41,717 bases of DNA, taken from the NCBI GenBank assembly GCA_001776865.1, contig MFDK01000004.1:1-41717 (forward strand), written 5' to 3'. A model generated the notes under the pieces. It made no database searches. It saw only the letters and a program-made list of their open reading frames with translations, and was not told the DNA's origin. Shown here piece by piece: positions 33,416 to 40,319 of the stretch. The stretch's first letter is position 1. The number at the start of each line of letters is the position of its first letter. The DNA comes from Candidatus Daviesbacteria bacterium RIFCSPLOWO2_01_FULL_37_10. GTDB taxonomy: Bacteria > Patescibacteriota > Microgenomatia > Daviesbacterales > UBA10151. A program made the position numbers and the translations under genes.

Positions 33416-33697
33416 TTAAATTACTTTCATCTCGCTGAGATGCTCTCTAATCAATAAATTGGCAGCGTTTGATGTATCAATCCCTTTCTTTCTGGCCATC
33501 TTTTTAACCGCTTTCACTATTTCCGAATCAAGCGTTATAATCTCCTTATCTTCAAAAACCGATACCAGATTTTTGGAAAATTTCATATCTGTCACAGGTT
33601 CCCAAAAATCCGGGAAGTCTTCGGTTGAGTGAGTATCCCAAAATTCTGCCTCCTCTTGAATACTTTTAAATTTAGGTACAGTTCTAGTTTTTTTCAT
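33416..33697 (-). CDS. brnA: BrnA-type antitoxin
   Basis: From the ATG at 33695-33697: MKKTRTVPKFKSIQEEAEFWDTHSTEDF... plus a C-terminal RHH-like region. It overlaps the brnT stop by 14 nt. An upstream ATG at 33730 is also possible. Confidence 0.75.
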   Translation of the reverse strand: MKKTRTVPKFKSIQEEAEFWDTHSTEDFPDFWEPVTDMKFSKNLVSVFEDKEIITLDSEIVKAVKKMARKKGIDTSNAANLLIREHLSEMKVI

Positions 33698-33953
33698 TTT
33701 TAAATCTCCTTTTTTCCTTAAAATCAGCATCTCTTGCTGTCATTGGATAGAAATAACCACCCAATCTTGGTGATAAGATTATAGTTAAATACCTACCACT
33801 AACTGATTGCCCTATTAACTTGTAACTACCACTCCTACCTTTAGTGAATAAATTTTTGCTATTACAAGCCTCCTCTACTTCACTCTGCTCAACATTATGT
33901 CTTGCAGTATGGGCAATATTCCACTCGTCCCAGACCAGTTTCTTAATTACCAT
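33684..33953 (-). CDS. brnT: BrnT-type toxin (DUF497)
   Basis: ...LVWDEWNIAHTARHNVEQSEVEEA...YPMTARDADFKEKRRF is the BrnT/DUF497 pattern. Confidence 0.8.
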   Translation of the reverse strand: MVIKKLVWDEWNIAHTARHNVEQSEVEEACNSKNLFTKGRSGSYKLIGQSVSGRYLTIILSPRLGGYFYPMTARDADFKEKRRFKNEKN

Positions 33954-33961
33954 CCTTGTAT

Positions 33962-33970
33962 ATTATACCA
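33962..33970 (-). promoter_or_regulatory. Extended -10 promoter (TGgTATAAT) for a near-leaderless brnTA mRNA
   Basis: The minus strand reads tggtataat, then 8 nt, then the ATG at 33953. Confidence 0.45.
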
Positions 33971-34048
33971 CGGACAAATTTTTTACCATCACACTATATT
34001 TATATGCGCCAATATAATGTACGATCGTATATCTTATTGGTTAAGATA

Positions 34049-34068
34049 TTCTAATGATTCGAATCATT
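34049..34068. repeat. 20-nt motif ttctaatgattcgaatcatt, copy 2
   Basis: Exact copy, about 80 nt upstream of the brnT -10. GTCAT hairpins follow. Confidence 0.85.
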
Positions 34069-34080
34069 GAAGTCATAACT

Positions 34081-34105
34081 GTCATCCTCGCGTAGGCAGG
34101 GATCC
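34081..34105 (+). repeat. Degenerate GTCAT hairpin repeat
   Basis: gtcatcctcgcgtaggcagggatcc (imperfect stem). Confidence 0.6.
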
Positions 34106-34168
34106 ATTTAAAAACCTGCGTAGTAATTTCCACCGAGTCGAACTAGGCAGGCATCCCCAAGTGGGAAG

Positions 34169-34902
34169 CTAAATTTCCATTTGGGCAGATAGTTTTGGTA
34201 GATGAGAATAGTAAAACCAGCCTGTTTCAATTTGGGTCAGTACCAGTCTTACCTTTTCATAATCATTAAACTCTAATTCTCTAGAGGGGAAATCTCTTTT
34301 CATCACATCTAAATTAATCATATAACTAATACTACCAAGTCTTATATAATCTTCATCAAAAGGAGAACTCTGGTCATAACCATGATTTATCAATACAGCC
34401 TTACCTTGCTTTGTAAAGAAATATGTATATTGATACTCACACATAAATCCATTTCATCAACCCACATAATATCATCTGGATCTAATATTTCGGCATTAGC
34501 AGGAACTAGATCTCCCCCATAATCTTCAGGTCTGAGTCCTAAACTATAAACCGGATAATCAAAGCCTTCTGGTATTTTAAATGACCAGTTCTCTAACATG
34601 GATTCTTCCTGAAAAACCGTAATAAATGCCAAATGCGAAGGCAGATCTTTTTTGCTACATAAAAAGAGCATCGCTGTATTTAAACTCAAATCAGGATGTT
34701 CTAGTTTTTCCTTCTCGACTATTTTCTTAATCCTGTCAGCAAATAGTTTATTTTCTGCTTTAAAAATTTCTTCAGTTTCTCTCTCAGACATGGATAAGAT
34801 TATAAACCAAGGGTATGTTTTTATCAATTCATTCTCAGCTCCGCCTCCCCTTTGAGCCAAATATTCCTCTGCATTTTTAACCAGGAAATTTCCTGATTGC
34901 AT
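34169..34902 (-). pseudogene. Frameshifted ORF (two overlapping frames) whose 5' end is the ftsK relic
   Basis: ORFs 34390..34902 and 34169..34444 overlap in different frames. Removing one TG from the tgtgtg run (plus-strand cacaca, 34438-34443) fuses ...VDEMDL to CEYQYTYFF... The true start may be M38 (34791, MSERETEE...). Confidence 0.4.
34839..34889 (-). other. Decayed duplicate of the ftsK 3'-terminal coding sequence
   Basis: ctccgcctcccctttgagccaaatattcctctgcatttttaaccaggaaat compared with ftsK 36308-36358. By hand count 44/51 positions are identical with no gaps. It encodes LVKNAEEYLAQRGGG; ftsK has LVKNVEEYLAQRGGG. Confidence 0.85.
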
Positions 34903-34916
34903 ATATCGAACTGGTC

Positions 34917-34925
34917 TGCTATAAA
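34917..34925 (+). promoter_or_regulatory. Extended -10 promoter (TGcTATAAA) for the two-gene unit
   Basis: tgctataaa, then 7 nt, then the ATG at 34933. Confidence 0.4.
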
Positions 34926-34932
34926 TACACTT

Positions 34933-35121
34933 ATGAAAACAATTAACCTTTCAAGGCTTTTGAAAAACTTCTCTTCAGGATGGGTGGCTATTACTTCTGA
35001 CTATAAAAAAGTGGTTGCGTCAGGCAAAACCCTAAAAGAAGTTTCCAGTAAAGTCGGGGACGAAGATGTTGTTTTAATTTCTGCCTCAAAAAATTATAGA
35101 GGATATATAACTGCCGGATAA
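34933..35121 (+). CDS. Small protein (62 aa), DUF5678-like
   Basis: From the ATG at 34933: MKTINLSRLLKNFSSGWVAITSDYKKVVASGKTLKEVSSKVGDEDVVLISASKNYRGYI. From memory the pattern (GxWVAI..., vvasG.tl.ev) resembles DUF5678-type proteins. This needs an HMM search. Confidence 0.5.
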   Translation: MKTINLSRLLKNFSSGWVAITSDYKKVVASGKTLKEVSSKVGDEDVVLISASKNYRGYITAG

Positions 35122-35122
35122 G

Positions 35123-35527
35123 ATGAATTTCCCATATGCCACCCTCCCTGGTGTGCCAAAAGATACTAGAAGACCATTAGCACTAATTAAATTTATTCAC
35201 AAAGATAAATCAACTCGCCCGATTCTTTGTTTAATTGCTTCTGGTGCAGACTACTCTTATTTAACAACAGAGATTGCTGATTTATTGAATATTAATTTAA
35301 GTAAAATTACTCCACAGAAATCATTTGCAATTAACGGTTCGCAATTCTTATGTTACCCGTCAGAAATTGAAATCGAGATAGGTGGTCATCGATTAACTAT
35401 TCCAGTTCACTTTACTAAATCATTAACTTCGGCTTTCCCCTGCATAATAGGTCAGGAAAATTTCTTTAGCAAAACCAGGATTATTTTTGAAAGATACAAA
35501 TGGAATTTGGATATCAAATTAGTTTGA
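35123..35527 (+). CDS. Retropepsin-like (clan AA) domain protein with Ala in place of the catalytic Asp
   Basis: ...ILCLIASGADYSYLTTEIADLLNI... aligns with the D[ST]GA motif, read here as ASGA. A later ...PCIIGQENFF... aligns with the ILG.dfL motif. The gene starts 1 nt after the upstream stop. Confidence 0.55.
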   Translation: MNFPYATLPGVPKDTRRPLALIKFIHKDKSTRPILCLIASGADYSYLTTEIADLLNINLSKITPQKSFAINGSQFLCYPSEIEIEIGGHRLTIPVHFTKSLTSAFPCIIGQENFFSKTRIIFERYKWNLDIKLV

Positions 35528-35548
35528 AAATATATTTCATGTAATTTG

Positions 35549-35568
35549 TTCTAATGATTCGAATCATT
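35549..35568. repeat. 20-nt motif ttctaatgattcgaatcatt, copy 3
   Basis: Exact copy, 21 nt after the stop of the retropepsin-like gene. GTCAT hairpins follow. Confidence 0.85.
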
Positions 35569-35582
35569 AAAGCAACACATTT

Positions 35583-35695
35583 GTCATTCTGAAACGAACA
35601 AAAAGAAGCGATAAGCAGAACTTGCTTTTGCTACGCAAAAGTAGAATCTTTCTCCGTCATTGCGAGGAGCGAGTGAAGCGAGCGACGTGGCAATC
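35583..35695 (+). repeat. Two GTCAT hairpin repeats with nested inserts
   Basis: 35583-35648 is gtcattct[...ttttgctacgcaaaa...]agaatc. 35656-35695 is gtcattgcgaggagcgagtgaagcgagcgacgtggcaatc. Confidence 0.8.
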
Positions 35696-35736
35696 TATCT
35701 GACATTCCCACATTCCAAGTGGAAAACTATATAGAA

Positions 35737-36264
35737 TCACATTGCAACAAGTTGTGGAGAATGTAAACCTAAAACATGCTCTATAGAAGGAGGCTGAATG
35801 AAATGAATTTGAATCCTCTTAAAAATTTCAGGATGATCTGGAACAGGATAGTATCGCGGTGCTTCGTTAAGTTTCTTTTGCCATCTTTCAATTACTACTA
35901 TATCATCTTGATACCCCAATAAAACTTCTTCTCTATCCCTAACAACGCATAACACATTTGGATAAGTAGAATTAGTAGTGGGCATTAAACAAAGAGTTAA
36001 TATTAAAGGGTTATCTTCAATACCTCTTAATGCTTGAATATCTAACATCCGCCTATGAATAGTAGCGCTGGGTAAATTACCTTCCTCTATAAACTCTCTT
36101 CTTTGTTCTATTAGAGCATTCTTCCTATATAATAAAGGGCGCACATGAACATCCCATAAATCGAAATATTGTGAGGGGGAAATATTTCCTTTATCATCTA
36201 CATCATACTCAGAAAACGGAGTAATATCCTGACCTAATCGAACATCAATACGCTCTTCTACCAT
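35737..36264 (-). CDS. Hypothetical 175-aa protein (island cargo)
   Basis: Clean ORF with an ATG at 36262-36264. I recognise no family. Confidence 0.5.
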   Translation of the reverse strand: MVEERIDVRLGQDITPFSEYDVDDKGNISPSQYFDLWDVHVRPLLYRKNALIEQRREFIEEGNLPSATIHRRMLDIQALRGIEDNPLILTLCLMPTTNSTYPNVLCVVRDREEVLLGYQDDIVVIERWQKKLNEAPRYYPVPDHPEIFKRIQIHFIQPPSIEHVLGLHSPQLVAM

Positions 36265-36296
36265 TAAATAAACTATAAACTAGATGGTTTTATTTG

Positions 36297-38390
36297 TCAA
36301 CTTTCCCCTCCGCCGCCTCTTTGAGCCAAATATTCTTCAACATTTTTGACCAGGACATCCCGCGGTTTTGCACCGTCTCCTGTTCCAACAACTCCTGCCT
36401 CTTCCAGCTCATCCAGGATACGGGCTGCACGCGCATAGCCCACGCGAAGCCGTCTCTGCAGAAGTGAGGCTGAAGCCCGGTCATATTGACAAACAGTTCT
36501 TACCGCCTCCTCAAATAAATCATCTTCTTCACCTATACCACCTCCTTTACCAATTCTTCCAAGAGGCATTTCTGTTACCTCAGTTGTATACTGCGGCTCA
36601 ACTCCTGTTGATTTAAGATACTTTATTAAGTTATTTATTTCGGGGTCTTGAACGAAAACTCCCTGTATTCTAACAGGTTTGCTTGCATCAGGAGGTAAAA
36701 ACAACATATCTCCGCGACCAAGAAGTTTCTCAGCCCCCGGCGTATCCAAAATGACCCGGGAGTCAATCATGGATGATACATTAAATGCAATACGGCAGGG
36801 GATATTTGCCTTAATTAAACCTGTTATAACATCAACGGATGGCCGCTGCGTTGCCACAACAAGATGAATTCCTGTTGCTCTTGCCAGTTGGGCAATACGG
36901 GTGATTGCATCTTCCACTTCAACTGGAGCAAACATCATTAAATCTGCAAGTTCATCAATTATAATTACAATGTAAGGAAGAGCCTGAAATCCTGACATTT
37001 CATTATACCCTGCAATATTTCTAACTCCAACGGACTGGAAAAGTTTATACCTGCGGTCCATTTCTGCCATTGCCCATTTTAAGGCTGAGAGGATTTTTTC
37101 AGGCTCTGTTATAACAGGAGTTAAAAGATGGGGGATGCCGTTATAGTTTGTCAGTTCCACCCTTTTTGGGTCTATTAGAATAAGTTTAAGCTCGTCCGGA
37201 GAATTTCTGAAAAGCAGAGAGCTAATCATAGAATTTATTAAAATTGATTTTCCGGATCCGGTTGTTCCAGCAACCAGGCAATGGGGCATCCTGTCTATAT
37301 CAACAATCATAGGTTTTGAAGCTGTATCCCTGCCTAAAGATACTGCAAGTTTAGATTTGTGCTTACTCATCTCATCAGATGCCAGGATATTTTTAAGCCC
37401 TACTATCTCCAGTGAATGGTTTGGCACTTCAATCCCTACTAAAGATTTTCCGGGAATTGGCGCCTCAATTCTAACAGTTCCTGTTGGCGTAGCCAGGGAA
37501 AGAGCTATATCGTGCTGTAGGTTTGCAATTTTGGCAATTTTTGTCCCTGCTGATATTTCCAGCGCATATTGAGTAACAGCCGGACCACCGTTTACTTCAG
37601 CCACTCTTGCCTGAACCCCGAAAGAGTCCAGTGTTTTTTCAATAACGGAAGCATTTTTCTTTATATCTCCCCTGTTTGCAGGAGAACCAACTTTATCTGA
37701 TAGAAGAGAAAGCGGCGGATATTTCCAAACCCTTGCCTGCCCGGCAACATTTTGCACAAGTTCATCAGCCATAACTGTTTCTTTAGATTTCACAGGAGTT
37801 TTTTCAGAAGTCTGGTTCAATCCGGAAAGTTTGATAGGGATATGTTTTGCCTCAAAGGTTCTTTGTCTGGCAAATACAGGAATAAGTATTTTTTCCTTTA
37901 TAGCTTTTATTACCCACCCCAATATCCCAAAAATCTGCGAAAGCGAAGTATTAAACATTACAACAAGTCCCACTAAAAATACCCCTATTAACAAAAATGC
38001 ACTGCCTAAAGGAGTAATAAAAGATGCCAGCTGACTCCATAGAGAAAAACCAATCATGCCCGCATTTTCAGAAGAAATTCCTGCAGTAAGGCCTGTAATT
38101 GATAAAATTAAAAGTACAAGTCCTAAAAGTACATTTGTTTGAGCAAACCCCCACTTTACTTTTTGTAAGACAAGCCCGCAAAGCACAAATAAAACTGGAG
38201 AAAAAACATAAGTCCAGCCCAATGTTTTAAATAGAAAATTTTTCCAGAACCTTAAAATACTCGCATCCATTACCAATGATACTAAAGAAAGTCCTGCCAG
38301 CATAAAACTGATCAGGGATCCCACGGCAAAAATGGTTTTCTTTTTAAGTCTTAACTTTGGTGTTGAATAAATAGATCTTCGTCTAGACAT
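36297..38390 (-). CDS. ftsK: DNA translocase FtsK/SpoIIIE
   Basis: N-terminal TM helices, the motor domain with Walker A (VAGTTGSGKS), and a C-terminal winged-helix gamma-like domain (...LLQRRLRVGYARAARILDELEEAGVV...). Confidence 0.95.
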   Translation of the reverse strand: MSRRRSIYSTPKLRLKKKTIFAVGSLISFMLAGLSLVSLVMDASILRFWKNFLFKTLGWTYVFSPVLFVLCGLVLQKVKWGFAQTNVLLGLVLLILSITGLTAGISSENAGMIGFSLWSQLASFITPLGSAFLLIGVFLVGLVVMFNTSLSQIFGILGWVIKAIKEKILIPVFARQRTFEAKHIPIKLSGLNQTSEKTPVKSKETVMADELVQNVAGQARVWKYPPLSLLSDKVGSPANRGDIKKNASVIEKTLDSFGVQARVAEVNGGPAVTQYALEISAGTKIAKIANLQHDIALSLATPTGTVRIEAPIPGKSLVGIEVPNHSLEIVGLKNILASDEMSKHKSKLAVSLGRDTASKPMIVDIDRMPHCLVAGTTGSGKSILINSMISSLLFRNSPDELKLILIDPKRVELTNYNGIPHLLTPVITEPEKILSALKWAMAEMDRRYKLFQSVGVRNIAGYNEMSGFQALPYIVIIIDELADLMMFAPVEVEDAITRIAQLARATGIHLVVATQRPSVDVITGLIKANIPCRIAFNVSSMIDSRVILDTPGAEKLLGRGDMLFLPPDASKPVRIQGVFVQDPEINNLIKYLKSTGVEPQYTTEVTEMPLGRIGKGGGIGEEDDLFEEAVRTVCQYDRASASLLQRRLRVGYARAARILDELEEAGVVGTGDGAKPRDVLVKNVEEYLAQRGGGGES

Positions 38391-38484
38391 AATTAATTAA
38401 GTTTTCCAAGCTACAAGTGTCCAATTATTCCAACCAATAACCAAATATTTGTAACTTGTTTCTTGGATACTTGTTACTTATCAC

Positions 38485-38493
38485 ATTATACCA
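38485..38493 (-). promoter_or_regulatory. Extended -10 promoter (TGgTATAAT) upstream of ftsK
   Basis: The minus strand reads tggtataat, about 90 nt upstream of the ftsK ATG. The leader contains cttgtt-type repeats. Confidence 0.4.
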
Positions 38494-38508
38494 CATTCCA
38501 CTATAGGT

Positions 38509-40206
38509 TTAGACCTCCACAACTACCGGTAAAATCATTGGTCTACGCTCTGTTGCCTGATGTAAAAACTTTTGCAGATCATTTTCTATGCTTCTTCTTG
38601 TAAGCCTCCAGTCAGATATTTTTTTACCTTGCTGGTTTATTGTATTTTTTACAACCTCTCTTGCGTCATCTAAAAGTTCTTCTGATATTTCTTCAAAAAC
38701 AAATCCTTTTGAAATAACATCAGGCTCCCCCACTAAATTTCCTGAACTGTGATCCACCCTCACAATAACTACAACAATTCCCTCCTCACTCATAAGTTTC
38801 CTATCCCGTAAAACAACATTCCCTATATCTCCTACACCAAGTCCGTCAACAAATATATTTTGTACATCAACTCTCCCGTCAATCTTTATACCGTTTCTAT
38901 CCAAATTAATAATATCTCCATCTACTACATCCAGAATTTTGCGTTTTTCATATCCTAACCCCTGAGCCATATTTGAAAATGCCCTCATATGTTTATAAGT
39001 ACCTCCTATCGGAAGCATGTATTCAGCTTTGATTAAATTTACCATAAGCCTTAGCTCCTCAAGCGCAGCATGACCTGAAACATGCAAATCAGAAGTTATG
39101 GCAGAATAATAAACATTTACCCCTAACTTTGTTAAATCATCAATTAAAGCATTTTGTGCAGATTCTGTCGATGGAATCGGGTCTGCCGAAAAAATAACAC
39201 TATCCCCGTCTTTTAATTTGATTGTTTTATGTTCATCGTTTGCAACCCGATCCAGTGCTGACCCTTCCTGACCTTGTGATCCTGCAATTAAAATAAGTAG
39301 CTTACCAGGTGCAAACGAAGGAATTGCTTCCTGATTTATCATGATTCCCGGAGGAGCATTCAAATACCCAAGGTCTCTTGCAACCTGAAAATTATTTTCA
39401 AAGCTTCTCCCTGCAAGTGTAACTTTACGACCCAATTTATAAGCCACGTTTATTGCCTGCTGCATCCTGGATACATTTGAGGACGTCATTGTAATTAAAA
39501 GCTTACCCTGTGTATCAAGAGCTGCTTTTTCAAAGGTTTCCTCAATACTTTTTTCGCTTTTATTAAATCCCGGTTTTTCAACTCTCAAGCAATCCATTAA
39601 AAGAAGCTTTACACCAGATGCGCCAACCTGGGCAATACGGTTTACATCTGTAACTTGCCCAGAAACCGGAGTCCAGTCTATTTTAAAATCTGCCTGATGA
39701 ATAATAGTTCCCACGGGAGTTTTAATAACAATCCCCTGAGAGTCAGGGATTGAGTGGGAAACCACATAAAATGATATATCAAAAACTCCAAGTTTAAGAG
39801 TTTGATCAAATTTAAGATCAAAAATTTTGTTTTTAGGTAAATTATGTTCAGTGAACTTGGCTCTTATAAATCCTGCAGTAAGTCTTTGGGTATAGATTGG
39901 AACCTGAAGTTCTGGCCAAATAAAGGGGAGCCCACCAATGTGGTCATCATGTCCATGAGTAATTATTATCCCTCTAATTTTATCAGTTTTGCCTCTGAGG
40001 TAAGATATATCCGGAATAACAAGATCAACCCCAGGCATAGCTTCATCAGGAAACCCAACTCCACAATCAATAATAATAATATCATTTCCGTATTCATAAA
40101 TATACATGTTCTTTGTGACATCACCTACACCACCAAGTGGAATAAGTTTAAGTGTCCCACCAGCTTTGTTGTTATCTCCAAAAAACTTTGGTTTAAAACT
40201 TTTCAT
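38509..40206 (-). CDS. rnj: Ribonuclease J (beta-CASP metallo-beta-lactamase)
   Basis: ...IIITHGHDDHIGGLPFIWPEL... is the HxHxDH motif. Length is 565 aa with RNase J architecture. Confidence 0.93.
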   Translation of the reverse strand: MKSFKPKFFGDNNKAGGTLKLIPLGGVGDVTKNMYIYEYGNDIIIIDCGVGFPDEAMPGVDLVIPDISYLRGKTDKIRGIIITHGHDDHIGGLPFIWPELQVPIYTQRLTAGFIRAKFTEHNLPKNKIFDLKFDQTLKLGVFDISFYVVSHSIPDSQGIVIKTPVGTIIHQADFKIDWTPVSGQVTDVNRIAQVGASGVKLLLMDCLRVEKPGFNKSEKSIEETFEKAALDTQGKLLITMTSSNVSRMQQAINVAYKLGRKVTLAGRSFENNFQVARDLGYLNAPPGIMINQEAIPSFAPGKLLILIAGSQGQEGSALDRVANDEHKTIKLKDGDSVIFSADPIPSTESAQNALIDDLTKLGVNVYYSAITSDLHVSGHAALEELRLMVNLIKAEYMLPIGGTYKHMRAFSNMAQGLGYEKRKILDVVDGDIINLDRNGIKIDGRVDVQNIFVDGLGVGDIGNVVLRDRKLMSEEGIVVVIVRVDHSSGNLVGEPDVISKGFVFEEISEELLDDAREVVKNTINQQGKKISDWRLTRRSIENDLQKFLHQATERRPMILPVVVEV

Positions 40207-40250
40207 ATGTTTCTTCTGTCATCCACCAATGGCAAATCCATAAATATCTA

Positions 40251-40315
40251 TCATTCTGAGCCGAAGGCGAAGAATATAAACACGAAATTATATCCTTCAC
40301 TCCGTTCAGAATGAC
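40251..40315. repeat. MITE-like element bounded by inverted (G)TCATTCTG termini
   Basis: tcattctgagccgaaggcgaagaat ... ttcactccgttcagaatgac. It lies between the Lon-like gene and rnj. Confidence 0.75.
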
Positions 40316-40319
40316 ATTA

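Larger units (their letters stand above)
34890..36307. mobile_element. ~1.4-kb island inserted at the ftsK 3' end
   Basis: It is bounded by the intact ftsK end and its relic. It carries a plus-strand two-gene unit, one copy of the 20-nt motif, GTCAT hairpins and a 175-aa minus-strand ORF. There is no recombinase. Confidence 0.5.

Noticed and set aside
36297-36299. Alternative genetic code (TGA recoding, as in some candidate phyla)
   Set aside because: TGA ends ftsK, mltG, ruvX, rplP, rpmC and rplD at positions matching normal protein lengths. The standard code fits.
36290-36484. 64-aa minus-strand ORF overlapping the ftsK 3' end
   Set aside because: It is an alternative frame of the well-supported ftsK gamma-domain coding region.
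1542-40314. Numerous plus-strand ORFs antisense to ribosomal, rpoBC, fusA, ftsK and rnj genes (for example 1542..1823, 2557..3009, 4151..4687, 5732..6130, 12341..12706, 17479..17811, 39844..40314)
   Set aside because: They are low-complexity, Ser/Leu/Phe-rich shadow frames of strongly supported minus-strand genes, with no independent signals.
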